A model generated the notes under the pieces. The model saw only the letters and a list, made by a program, of their open reading frames with translations, did no database searches and was not told where the DNA came from. A program made the position numbers and the translations under genes. 64,000 bases of DNA from Thermoanaerobaculia bacterium (lineage in GTDB: Bacteria; Acidobacteriota; Thermoanaerobaculia; UBA5066; Gp7-AA6). Of this stretch, positions 46,766 to 55,770 are shown one piece after another (the stretch's first letter is position 1; the number at the start of each line of letters is the position of its first letter). The DNA lies in the NCBI GenBank assembly GCA_038203955.1, contig JBBRDK010000005.1, positions 6,401 through 70,400 on the forward strand. The letters are read 5' to 3'.

Positions 46766-48625
46766 TCACAGGTTCGGCATCTCGAACAGCCGAAGGAAGA
46801 GCCCGAGGGTCAGAACGATCAGAAGCAAGTCCACCTCATAGGGAATATTGAGCATGAAATTTGGATCGGCGTACTGCTTTCGCAACCGTTCGACCTCCGC
46901 GGGGTTGAAATACCCCTGCCGGGAGATGGTGTCATTCGACAGAAGGTCTTCCACCCATTCGGTTTTCAGCCTCAGAAGCTGAGGACTCCCCGGCGAGGCG
47001 AACGGAAATTTTTCACGCTGCGCGATCACCGGGGGCAGGTAGCGCGAGGCGATCTGGCGCAAGGCGTATTTCTCCTGGAAACCTCGAAGCTTCAGGTCCG
47101 GGGGCATCTTCGCGACCGAATCGAGGACCCCGAGATCCAGAAAGGGAAAGCGCCCCTCGACGGAATGCGCCAGGAGCATTCGATCTCCAGCGTCGCCGAG
47201 GAGATGGTCCGCGAGCCTGACCTTCAAGTCCACATACGACCGCTTGTGAATGGGATGCAGTCCGGCGATCTTACGCGGGTCGATGACTCCGAAGCGGATG
47301 AAGTCGAAATCGGCGTAGCGGGCCGTTACCTGTTCCGAAAAAAGCGATCGCTTGACGGCGCGGAGGGCAGATTGATTCGCTTCATAGTGAAAACCGGGAT
47401 CGCCCCACAGCGTCTCTCGCAGGACCGCTTCTTCAGGGGGGGCGGCGCCGGCGTCCTGCTGCTGCCGTCGATACCGGTCGAATCGATAGCTCGTGTATCC
47501 CGCGAACAGCTCGTCGGCGCCTTCGCCCGTCAGAACTACCCGGACGCCTTCCGATTGCGCCGCAGCGGAGAGCGCGTGCGTCGCCGCGTTGTACGTTTCC
47601 TTCAAGGGGCACTCGCAGTGCCAGATGACGTTTGAAAGATTTTCTGCGATGTCGGAGACGTCGAAGTCGATCTGCCGGTGTGGAAACTTCAATTGATCCA
47701 CCATGACCGACTGGTAATCCCGCTCCGCAAAGAACGCGTCGTTAAAAACGACCGAGAAGGTTGTCTTCTCATCGGGAGACACGGCCCGGATCATGCTGGT
47801 CACCAGGGAGGAGTCGAGTCCGCCGCTCAGATAGGCGCCCGCGGGCACGTCGGCCTGGAGGCGGCGCCGGACGGAGGAGAGCAGCCGCTCCTCGAGCTCC
47901 GCCAGGTCCTCGCTCTCCGACCGATGATAGACGGCGTCCGACTCTTTCGGATACAACACGTCCCAGTATTCCGCCGTCCTGACCGCGCCATTGCGAACCT
48001 CCAGGAGGTGGCCGGGCGGAAGGCTCTGGATTGCCTGGAACATCGTTCGCGGACTCACGAGACCGGGGAGGGAAAGAACCTGGTCGAGACCCGTCAGATC
48101 GACTCGGCGCTCGACGAGCGGGTGCACCAGGAGGGACTTGATTTCCGAGGCGAAAAGCAGCGTGTCTCCGACGATCGTGAAGAAGAGCGGTATGACGCCG
48201 AATTGGTCGCGCGCCAGCAGAACGGTTTGCTTTCGTTGATCGAAGATCGCCAGCGCGAATTGCCCGTTCAACAGGTTGAGAAGCGATGACCCTACGTCTT
48301 CGTAGAGATGGACCAGGACCTCGACGTCCGACCGCGAGCGGAAGCGATGACCACGGCCGGCGAGATCGTCCCGCAGGTCCAGATAGTTGAAGATCTCGCC
48401 ATTGCAGACCAGGTGCACCGACTCGTCCTCGTTGGACATCGGCTGGTTTCCGCACGCGGCGTCAATGATGCTCAAACGCCGGACACCAAAACCGACGCGG
48501 TCGTCCACGAAGAATCCCGCGTTGTCCGGCCCGCGGTGAATCAGTCTCTCCGTCATTTGCGCGAGGATGCCTGCGTCGATTCCAGCGGGCTCCCGGACGT
48601 TCACGATGCCGCAGATTCCGCACAT
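46766..48625 (-). CDS. Asparagine synthase (glutamine-hydrolysing)-like amidotransferase
   Basis: MCGICG Ntn Cys2 and YLSGGLDSS PP-loop; 619 aa. Confidence 0.88.
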   Translation of the reverse strand: MCGICGIVNVREPAGIDAGILAQMTERLIHRGPDNAGFFVDDRVGFGVRRLSIIDAACGNQPMSNEDESVHLVCNGEIFNYLDLRDDLAGRGHRFRSRSDVEVLVHLYEDVGSSLLNLLNGQFALAIFDQRKQTVLLARDQFGVIPLFFTIVGDTLLFASEIKSLLVHPLVERRVDLTGLDQVLSLPGLVSPRTMFQAIQSLPPGHLLEVRNGAVRTAEYWDVLYPKESDAVYHRSESEDLAELEERLLSSVRRRLQADVPAGAYLSGGLDSSLVTSMIRAVSPDEKTTFSVVFNDAFFAERDYQSVMVDQLKFPHRQIDFDVSDIAENLSNVIWHCECPLKETYNAATHALSAAAQSEGVRVVLTGEGADELFAGYTSYRFDRYRRQQQDAGAAPPEEAVLRETLWGDPGFHYEANQSALRAVKRSLFSEQVTARYADFDFIRFGVIDPRKIAGLHPIHKRSYVDLKVRLADHLLGDAGDRMLLAHSVEGRFPFLDLGVLDSVAKMPPDLKLRGFQEKYALRQIASRYLPPVIAQREKFPFASPGSPQLLRLKTEWVEDLLSNDTISRQGYFNPAEVERLRKQYADPNFMLNIPYEVDLLLIVLTLGLFLRLFEMPNL

Positions 48626-48914
48626 CGGTCAGGCCGGGAAAGGCCTCGCGCACACGCGCGGAAGCTCCGGCAGGGTCCCCACCGTTCCGGGGCGTCTGAG
48701 GAGGCGCGGTTCCTTCTTCTCCTCCGGCGGTACCCGGGAGACGGCCGCGCGCCGCGGAAATCGCTCTGGAATCGGGCACTCCCGAGCACGGCACGAGTGC
48801 GGCAATTCTTTCTCCCTTCTGCGGATCGTTCGTCAGGAAAACCCCGAATCGAGGCAGGAAAGGCCCCGGAACGAGGTTGGATACCCGGTCGGGGACTTAC
48901 GTCTCCGAATTTTT

Positions 48915-48943
48915 ATCTTATCCCGGACCCCCGCCTACGGGAA
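48915..48943 (-). promoter_or_regulatory. Candidate sigma-70-type promoter for the NRPS-like operon (speculative)
   Basis: This is the only AT-rich patch in the 448-nt gap. The minus strand reads TTCCCG, 17 nt, TAAGAT. That would imply a ~290-nt leader. Confidence 0.25.
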
Positions 48944-49073
48944 TGCTTTGGGGGTCGGAGTCGGACGGCGTTCGAACGCCGGCTGCCACAGCAGGACGAT
49001 GGAAGCCACGGACGGGCGGCGAGGCCGCGACGCGCCGCAGCCTCGCACGCCTCAGAGGCCCATCCGCCCTTTC

Positions 49074-51227
49074 TCAGAAATGCAGGGCAACCTCCGCGAA
49101 GAAGCGGCGGGGGGCCGCGACGTAGAACTGGCTGTCGCCGACTTCGCTCTCCGACGTGTAATGGCGGCTGTCGCCGAGATTCCGGCCGACGAGGGAGATC
49201 CGAAAGCGTTCGAGCTCCCAGCTCACGCCGGCGTCGGTTTCATAGAAGCCGTCCGTGAAAAAGCGGTTGCGGCGATTGAGCGGCCGCCGTCCCTGGTGAC
49301 GCACCGCAACGAACGCGCCCGCTCCGGTGCGGGGGGCATACGAGAGTTTCGCGTTCCAGAGATCGCGGGGAATGAGCTCGAGACGTTTTCCGTCGACCAC
49401 GCGCAGTTCGCCGTCCGGCGTTAGGAATGAAAATCGTATGAATCGGGCATCGTGGTGGGCGTACCCGGCCGAAAAGGACAGGCCGGGGAGCGGCGCGGGC
49501 CTATATCCCACTTCGATCTCCGCCCCCTGAAACCGCTCCGATCCCGCGTTGATCAGCGCGGGGGTTCCGTCCGCGCCCAGATTCGACACCACGAGGTTTT
49601 CGAAGGTCATGTGGAAAAGAGAGAGATCCACGGACACCTGGCGATCGAGCCACCGCGTCTTGAGTCCGACCTCGCCGCTTCGAGTTCTCTCTGGATCGAG
49701 GATGCGGGCGTTCTCGGTCTCCGTCAGGTTCGGCGCCGCCGGCTTGAACGCCGACTTCGCCGCTACGTAGAAATGGACCGAATTCACGCCGCCCGGGCGA
49801 TCGGAGACGAACCGTACGAGACCGCTCACACCGCCCGACCACTTCCCGTCCGATCGTGAATCGCGCGAGACGTCGGCCTCCGGCGCTCCCACCTCCTGAC
49901 CCTGCGCGAAGAGGCGTTCGGACACGGAGTCGAATCGGGCGCCTCCCGTGAACGTGAGGAAGGGCACGGGCGTCCACTCGTCGTTGACGTAGAAGCCCAC
50001 GAACGTCCGCCGGTCCACGAATGACCGGTTGTCGCCGGTGGGCGTGTCCGCGAAGCGCGGCACGACGACGGGTTCGATCTGGAGGTCGATGTCGAACCCC
50101 GTTCCCGAGGCGGTCGTTCGTCCCCACGTGATCGCGGCGCCGCCGACCACCCTGTGGCGGCCGGCGGCCTCGAAGAGCGCGGTGACGTGCAGGTCGTCGT
50201 AGAGAACCGTTTCGTGGGGCTTCAACGAGACTCCCGCCGCCGCCGCGGTGTTTCCTTCGACCGCGCCGACGAAGGAGCGGATCGAGATCTGGTCGTCGCG
50301 CGTGACGCCGAGAACGTTCTCCAGCGAAAGGGAGGCCGACAGGGGCTTCGCGAAGCGGGTCCTCAGGGAGTAGACACGATGGTCGACACGCCCTCCGTCC
50401 ACCCCGTAATTCCGCTCGATCCGAAATCCCGGAAGCGGCTCGCCCGCATCGACCGGCAGCGGCGACCCGAAGAACTGCGTGGTGCGAAAGACGTCGACCA
50501 ATCCCGAGAACTGCCCTCCGCCCGAAATGGGGACGTCGAGCCGCACGCCGCCGCGATCTTCGCGGTAGTCCGTCCGCTGCTGCCAGCCCTTCGCCCGGTC
50601 GAAGGTCCCGAACAGCCGTAGCTTCGCGCCGCCGAGGTCCTGAGTGTGCGACAGGTGCAGGCGCCCTTCGGAGAAAGAGCCTCCGCCGGCACGCACGTCG
50701 CTGCCCTGTGCCGCCGGCCGCGTGAACACCTGGATCATTCCCGCGAAGGCGGACACGCCGTAGAGGGTGCCCTGCGGCCCCTTGACGATCTCGATGCGGT
50801 CGACATCCTCGATGTTGATCTGAGACAGCGACGGATTGAACGGGCCGCCGGCCGGCATTCCATCCACCATCACGAGCAGCGCGTCGAACTCCTTCAGTCC
50901 CCACAGGCCGATATTGGGCAGCCGTCCGCCGTTGTCGCTCCCGAGGCCGGTGTCGACCCCGACGACGTCCTGAAGCGCCTCCGCAAGCGTCTTGACGTTC
51001 TCCCGGCGCAGCTGTTCGCCGGTGATCACCGTCGCCTGCCCCGGGATTTCCGTCTCATGTTCCGGAAGGCGCGTGGCGGAGACGACCACGTCCTCGCGGG
51101 TCGCCGGCGCGGCGGGGGGGGCCGCCGGGGGCGCTGCCTGTCCCTGTCCCCAGGCGGACGTGAGCGCGAACGAGAACAGCGTGATGAGCGATCGTGGCAG
51201 AAAACCGTTTCGTCGCGGCGCGCTCAT
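49074..51227 (-). CDS. TonB-dependent receptor (siderophore-receptor-like)
   Basis: Signal peptide, TonB box EDVVVSATRL, plug IEIVKGPQGTLYG, and barrel ending ...FFAEVALHF*. The start is the ATG at 51227 (residue 156 of the track ORF). There is no N-terminal signalling (STN) extension. Confidence 0.85.
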   Translation of the reverse strand: MSAPRRNGFLPRSLITLFSFALTSAWGQGQAAPPAAPPAAPATREDVVVSATRLPEHETEIPGQATVITGEQLRRENVKTLAEALQDVVGVDTGLGSDNGGRLPNIGLWGLKEFDALLVMVDGMPAGGPFNPSLSQINIEDVDRIEIVKGPQGTLYGVSAFAGMIQVFTRPAAQGSDVRAGGGSFSEGRLHLSHTQDLGGAKLRLFGTFDRAKGWQQRTDYREDRGGVRLDVPISGGGQFSGLVDVFRTTQFFGSPLPVDAGEPLPGFRIERNYGVDGGRVDHRVYSLRTRFAKPLSASLSLENVLGVTRDDQISIRSFVGAVEGNTAAAAGVSLKPHETVLYDDLHVTALFEAAGRHRVVGGAAITWGRTTASGTGFDIDLQIEPVVVPRFADTPTGDNRSFVDRRTFVGFYVNDEWTPVPFLTFTGGARFDSVSERLFAQGQEVGAPEADVSRDSRSDGKWSGGVSGLVRFVSDRPGGVNSVHFYVAAKSAFKPAAPNLTETENARILDPERTRSGEVGLKTRWLDRQVSVDLSLFHMTFENLVVSNLGADGTPALINAGSERFQGAEIEVGYRPAPLPGLSFSAGYAHHDARFIRFSFLTPDGELRVVDGKRLELIPRDLWNAKLSYAPRTGAGAFVAVRHQGRRPLNRRNRFFTDGFYETDAGVSWELERFRISLVGRNLGDSRHYTSESEVGDSQFYVAAPRRFFAEVALHF

Positions 51228-51832
51228 GGCCTCGCCTCTCGCGCTTCCGACCCGGCGGGATTGGCTCCAGTCATCGTCTCCATGAAGTGAGAAGTCGTGC
51301 CGGCGAGATGGCGCAGAACGATTCTCGCCCGCTTCCACCGGCCGGCGGCACTTCGGTGCATTCCCTTGGGCAGGCGGATCCCGAGCTTCGCGAGCGCGAG
51401 GCACTCGATCTGCCGCACCCGCTCCCGCGTCAACCCGAGCTCGAGGGCGATTTTCGCCAGCGGCCGGGGAGGGCCGGCGAGCCCCAGGCTCGCACCCAGA
51501 ACGCGGATCTCCCGCGCGGTGAGATCTCCCGGGGAGGATTGGATCTGGAGAGCGAGGAGGTCGCTTTCCCAGACGGCCAGAGGCTGTTCCTGCCGGCAAT
51601 CGCATTCCGCCTCGCGCCGTTCGGCCGCCGCCGGTGAGGCGGAGGTGAGGGCGCGGGCGGCTGCTTCCCCATGCTTCTCCAGCCACAGCCACCCTTTCAT
51701 CCGGATCTCGAAGCTCGGACTCGCGGAGCTCGCGAGGACCTCGGCGAGCGACTCGATCAGGGCGCCGTGTCCCTCGAAGCGATCGCGGTCGTCGCTATCC
51801 CGCGGAGAGCACGCTTTCAATGAGTGCGTCAT
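51224..51832 (-). CDS. Protein with a sigma-70 region-4-like HTH only
   Basis: LTAREIRVLGASLGLAGPPRPLAKIALELGLTRERVRQIECLALAKLG resembles region 4.2 of group 1-3 sigma factors. I can see no region 2/3 motifs. ATGA overlap with the receptor start. Confidence 0.55.
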   Translation of the reverse strand: MTHSLKACSPRDSDDRDRFEGHGALIESLAEVLASSASPSFEIRMKGWLWLEKHGEAAARALTSASPAAAERREAECDCRQEQPLAVWESDLLALQIQSSPGDLTAREIRVLGASLGLAGPPRPLAKIALELGLTRERVRQIECLALAKLGIRLPKGMHRSAAGRWKRARIVLRHLAGTTSHFMETMTGANPAGSEAREARP

Positions 51833-51970
51833 CTTCTTCTCCCGCTTCGCCGACGAAGCGAAGCCGATCTCGGTTGGATGGTCGCGGTCGGACCCGGCGA
51901 CGGGACACTCCCGTACGAGCCCGCACGCGGACAGAGAACCCGGCAGGCGCCAGCGCCGCCGGGTTCCCTC

Positions 51971-52690
51971 TCAGATCCGCTGAGGGATGGCCCGAGGAGA
52001 AAGACAGGAGAGAGGAGAGGAAGGGAGCAGAAGCGGTCGAAGCACGAGGGATTTCCCATGGGTCTGGAGGGGATAAATCGAATGCTCGGCCATGCGTCGC
52101 CGGACATCGACGGCGTCGGCGGCTTCCGGGAGCGCGGTCATGCTTTCTCCAGAGCGGGAGAGGTCTCCTTCGGAGCTCGGCCGGGCCGGCTCGGCCTCGC
52201 GGTCCGCCTCCGCCCAGATCTCTCCCGAATACCAGCGCAGGCGTATGCGGGCGGCCGAAGGATCCGGCGCGATCAGAAACGGCCGGCTCGTCGCAGCGAC
52301 CACTTCCCCGCCGTCCCCTCCCATCCGGATCGCGAGGCGCGCCGCGTTCGTATCGAGGCGCGGCACCTTCCAGAGCCAGGAGCCGTCGCCCGGTTCGAGC
52401 TCGTCCGTCAGCCGAACGGAGTAGGTCCGCCCGCCGTCCACGGAAAGCAGAAGCTCGACCTCTTCCGCCGAGTCCGGCAAACCGGACCAGCGGACTTCCA
52501 CGAGGCTCCCCGCATCGAGTCGGTTCGATTGCCGCGGGCCCGAACGCCCGGTCGAGGAGGCGTCCGGCGAGACGGAGGCAAACTCCAGAACAGGCGCCCC
52601 CGCCGGAGAGTGAGGCGGACCCTCGGCCAGCGTCGCGGTGCTGACCAGCGCGCCGTAGAGAAGGGCCCCCAGCAAGACCTTGGGAAACAA
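51971..52690 (-). CDS. Secreted protein of unknown function
   Basis: MFPKVLLGALLYGALVSTATLA signal peptide, then an Ig-like segment VEVRWSGLP...ELLLSVDGGRTYSVRL. The C-terminal third looks less protein-like. Confidence 0.45.
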   Translation of the reverse strand: MFPKVLLGALLYGALVSTATLAEGPPHSPAGAPVLEFASVSPDASSTGRSGPRQSNRLDAGSLVEVRWSGLPDSAEEVELLLSVDGGRTYSVRLTDELEPGDGSWLWKVPRLDTNAARLAIRMGGDGGEVVAATSRPFLIAPDPSAARIRLRWYSGEIWAEADREAEPARPSSEGDLSRSGESMTALPEAADAVDVRRRMAEHSIYPLQTHGKSLVLRPLLLPSSPLSCLSPRAIPQRI

Positions 52691-52828
52691 GCGGCACAGC
52701 GTAATGGCGCCTTCCGAACGAAGTCAAACCGAAAATCCCCGCATGGGGACCAGGGCGGAATCGAAACCCGAGGCCGCATCTGCGATGGGCCCCGGTCTGC
52801 GTGTTCTGATGCGGCCAGGAGGATCCCC

Positions 52829-53344
52829 ATGCGCGTCCTCATCCTCGGGCTGCTTCTCGGTCTCGCGCCGGAACCGCCGGTGACAGAACCGCCGGCGACG
52901 CCGCCGGCGAAGACGCCTCCGTCAACGGCACTCCCGGCGACTCCGCTGCCGGCAACTGCCCCGTCCGCCGACGACCTTCCGGCCGTCGTCCTTCCCGCCG
53001 GGCTGGCGCGCGTCCTCGACGACTACGAATCCGCCTGGAGGCGCGGCGACGGAGCCGCACTGGCCGCCCTGTTCGACGAGCAGGGGTTCGTTCTGGGAAA
53101 TGGCAGCCCGCCGGTCCGCGGCCGGGAGGCGATTCGCGCCTTCTACAAGGGGCCCGGCGGACCGCTCGTCCTGCGGGCATTTGCCTTCGCGACGGACGGC
53201 TCCACCGGTTACATCCTGGGCGGGTTTTCGCGCGAGGCCGGAAAGCCCGACATCGGCAAGTTCACGCTGATCCTGCGAAAGTCGGCCGGAGGGAGATGGG
53301 TCATTTTCTCGGACATGGACAACGGAAACCGGCCGCGCGGTTGA
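52829..53344 (+). CDS. SnoaL-like/DUF4440 (NTF2-fold) protein with a Pro-rich N-terminal leader
   Basis: LDDYESAWRRGDGAALAALFDEQGFVL...GREAIRAFY; AGGAGGA SD before the ATG at 52829. Confidence 0.65.
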   Translation: MRVLILGLLLGLAPEPPVTEPPATPPAKTPPSTALPATPLPATAPSADDLPAVVLPAGLARVLDDYESAWRRGDGAALAALFDEQGFVLGNGSPPVRGREAIRAFYKGPGGPLVLRAFAFATDGSTGYILGGFSREAGKPDIGKFTLILRKSAGGRWVIFSDMDNGNRPRG

Positions 53345-53393
53345 GCGGCTCCTTTCGAACAGCCAGTTCAGAAGCCTCCGCGGCGGCGCGCCG

Positions 53394-55097
53394 CTAGACC
53401 GAAGGAGCGGTTTGCGATCTCCCTCCGGCGGCCGCGGCGGGCGACACGACTCCCGCCGCGCGCCCCGGCTCCGGCCGCCCGACGGCCGACACGGATTTCA
53501 AGTACGCCTCGGGGTCGTGCTCGAGCGCTCCCTCGGGAAGCCACTTCCAGAGCGGGCCGAGATCCCGCCGCACAATGCTCGAATAGAACGCGGGCAGCTT
53601 CGCCGCGCGCTGCTGGAAGAACGGCCGGAACTCGCGGTCGTCATCCAGGCGCCGGCGGATCTCGCTGTGGTATCGGATCCGGCCCGATCCTTCCGTCGAC
53701 ACGGCCCGGACGACGTTCATCAGGCGCGGGATGGCGCCCGACGTCCCGCGGAAGCGATTCCAGATCGCCCGCTTCGAGAAGGCGTACCGGGTCAGATCGA
53801 TTACGCGATCGTAAAACTCGGGCCAGAGGTAGTGGCTCGGGCGCACGTTCATCGACTGGTTATTGTTCAGAAAATGGAAGGGGAAAGGCAGGACGCGCCC
53901 GTCGCGCTGGTACTCGAGATTTACAGGCGCCGCCCGCCCGAACGCAGTCAGGAGCGAGAAGCCGGGAAAGGCGCCGGGAGTCATGTCCACGAACCTCTTC
54001 GTGAGCTCGAAAGGCTCCGGGCCTTCGTCCGAGTCGAGCCCGAGCACGAAGTTCGCCTGGACGTAAGGGATGTGCCGCAGAATCAGGTTGACGTGCTCCG
54101 ACACCTGTCGGACCTTATCCATACCCTGGTTCGCTCCGGTCTTCGACTTGTTCCCGAGGTCGTACCAGGATTCGACCCCCGGAAGCAGCGCCCGAAAGCC
54201 GTTGCGCGCCAGCCGCTTCAGGTGCGGCTCGGAGAGGAGCGACAGGCTGCTCTCTGCGATGAAATCGACGCTGCCGGGGGGAACGGCTTCCTCGATCATC
54301 CCGAGATAACGGTCGAACTGGACGCCGAAATTGGGATCGTGCCACCCGACGAGCGGGCGCTCGAATCGGGTGCGGAGAAAGCGCAGGTCTTCCTTCAGAA
54401 CGTCGAACTCGAGCGGCTGGTAAGGCACTTCCGAGTCGATGCAGAAGCGGCACGTGTAGGGGCATCCCAGGCTTCCGAGCATGGGGACCATTTTGATCAG
54501 CGGCGCCTTCGCCAGCGTCGGCTCGATGAATTGCCAGCGCTCCCGGACGCCCGGCAGCGCCAGCGGCTGCGTCGCGGCCGCGAGCCGAAGGCCCGCGGGG
54601 CGATGCGGCGAGCATTCCTTCAGAACATCGCGCAGAACATCCCGGTTGGTGAACCCGAGAACGTAGTCGAAATACTTCTGCGCATCTTCCGGGTAGCAGC
54701 GCGCGTGAGGACCGCCGAGCACCGTGACCGCCCCGTGCTCGCGGAACAGGGCAGACAGGGCATACGCAGTGTGCGCGGCTTCGGTGAAAGCGCCCAGGAA
54801 GACGATGTCCGCATCGGTCGGCAGCTCTTCGAGCAGATCTTCGAAACCGGTGTAGCAGACGAACTGCACATCGTGGCCGTCCTCGCGGCACCAGGCCCCG
54901 ATCACCTGGGGCATCACGCTCGCGAGGTTGGGGTTCATGACGCGCGCGTAGAGGGCCCGCGTGGGGCTTCGCTCGACGATGTCGACGATGCCGACCCGCA
55001 GCCTCCTCCCCCGCGGCGATGGGACCGGCAGAGACCTCGGAGTCTGAGGAAGGGCAGGGCGTGTGCGCACCCGACGAGGCGGGCCAACGTTCTTCAT
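53394..55097 (-). CDS. B12-binding-domain radical SAM protein (class B)
   Basis: N-terminal B12-binding-like DADIVFLGAFTEAAHTAYAL...VLGGPHA and radical SAM cluster GCPYTCRFC. The start is the ATG at 55097 (residue 79 of the track ORF). Confidence 0.8.
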   Translation of the reverse strand: MKNVGPPRRVRTRPALPQTPRSLPVPSPRGRRLRVGIVDIVERSPTRALYARVMNPNLASVMPQVIGAWCREDGHDVQFVCYTGFEDLLEELPTDADIVFLGAFTEAAHTAYALSALFREHGAVTVLGGPHARCYPEDAQKYFDYVLGFTNRDVLRDVLKECSPHRPAGLRLAAATQPLALPGVRERWQFIEPTLAKAPLIKMVPMLGSLGCPYTCRFCIDSEVPYQPLEFDVLKEDLRFLRTRFERPLVGWHDPNFGVQFDRYLGMIEEAVPPGSVDFIAESSLSLLSEPHLKRLARNGFRALLPGVESWYDLGNKSKTGANQGMDKVRQVSEHVNLILRHIPYVQANFVLGLDSDEGPEPFELTKRFVDMTPGAFPGFSLLTAFGRAAPVNLEYQRDGRVLPFPFHFLNNNQSMNVRPSHYLWPEFYDRVIDLTRYAFSKRAIWNRFRGTSGAIPRLMNVVRAVSTEGSGRIRYHSEIRRRLDDDREFRPFFQQRAAKLPAFYSSIVRRDLGPLWKWLPEGALEHDPEAYLKSVSAVGRPEPGRAAGVVSPAAAAGGRSQTAPSV

Positions 55098-55263
55098 TCG
55101 AGTGTTCGCAAGGGTACACCAGAGGGTGCGACCGGCATCTGGGTGGTCCGCTTCGAGGCGTCGCGATGCCGCAGCGGCAGCGTTGGGACCGATCCAGACA
55201 CGTCCGCCGCATGAGTTGATCGACGCGCCCTCGCCGAAGGATCCGACTCTGGCCGCCCAAACC

Positions 55264-55584
55264 TCAGAGTGTTGCGAGGAGCCGGAAGTAATCCTCAGGA
55301 GGAGTCTCGGAGAACCGGACTCCGAAGCCACTCGGCATCAGCGCAGCCAGCGCAGGTGGTCCACGAAAGGACCTCACGACAACGCCCCGGAGACCGACGT
55401 CTGTGTCTTTCGATGAGCGGAGGGTCATGGAGAGAGCGGTTCCCGGCTTCGGGGCCCGGATGGAGCAAACGAAGAGGCCGGAGGGTGACACGTCGTGCGT
55501 AAAGCCGGTGTGCTTGACCCCGGCCGCTTCAAATTCAACGAGAAATCGCCGCTTCTTACGGAGTCGGCGTTGTCTTTCCGGCAC
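55264..55584 (-). CDS. PilZ-domain protein
   Basis: RKKRRF (RxxxR) and DVSPSG (DxSxxG) c-di-GMP-binding motifs. Confidence 0.7.
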   Translation of the reverse strand: MPERQRRLRKKRRFLVEFEAAGVKHTGFTHDVSPSGLFVCSIRAPKPGTALSMTLRSSKDTDVGLRGVVVRSFRGPPALAALMPSGFGVRFSETPPEDYFRLLATL

Positions 55585-55770
55585 GGGTTGATTCTAGCCC
55601 TTTCGAACGCGGATCGATCGGTCGGACGCGCCGCTCGCGAGAGCACCAGGGTCGCTGAAACCAGGGGCCTCCTTCTCGCGCCATCCGAAATCCAAGGGTT
55701 CGGGCTTCTCCGCGGGTGCGGGGTGAAATATCCTCGGCCTCGGATCTCGCTCCGGATCCGAGGAGGTTCG

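Noticed and set aside
44581-46851. 756-aa plus-strand ORF, and similar long ORFs at 17553-19019, 19071-20600, 35347-36957, 53412-55214 and 62279-63877
   Set aside because: All are antisense shadows of well-supported genes (A-PCP-LLM, BNR protein, TonB receptor, rSAM, zwf). Their sequences are Arg/Asp/Gly-rich and motif-free.
46766-48625. The AsnB-like gene as a lasso-peptide cyclase (McjC-type), implying a RiPP cluster
   Set aside because: It retains the N-terminal glutaminase nucleophile (MCGICG). No leader peptidase (B protein) or short precursor ORF is visible nearby, and the neighbours are NRPS-type.
51795-52727. 310-aa and other Arg-rich ORFs overlapping the 51971-52690 gene
   Set aside because: They are Arg/Gly/Pro-rich frames without signal peptides or motifs. 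The frame with a clean signal peptide and Ig-like segment was preferred, though its C-terminal third remains doubtful.
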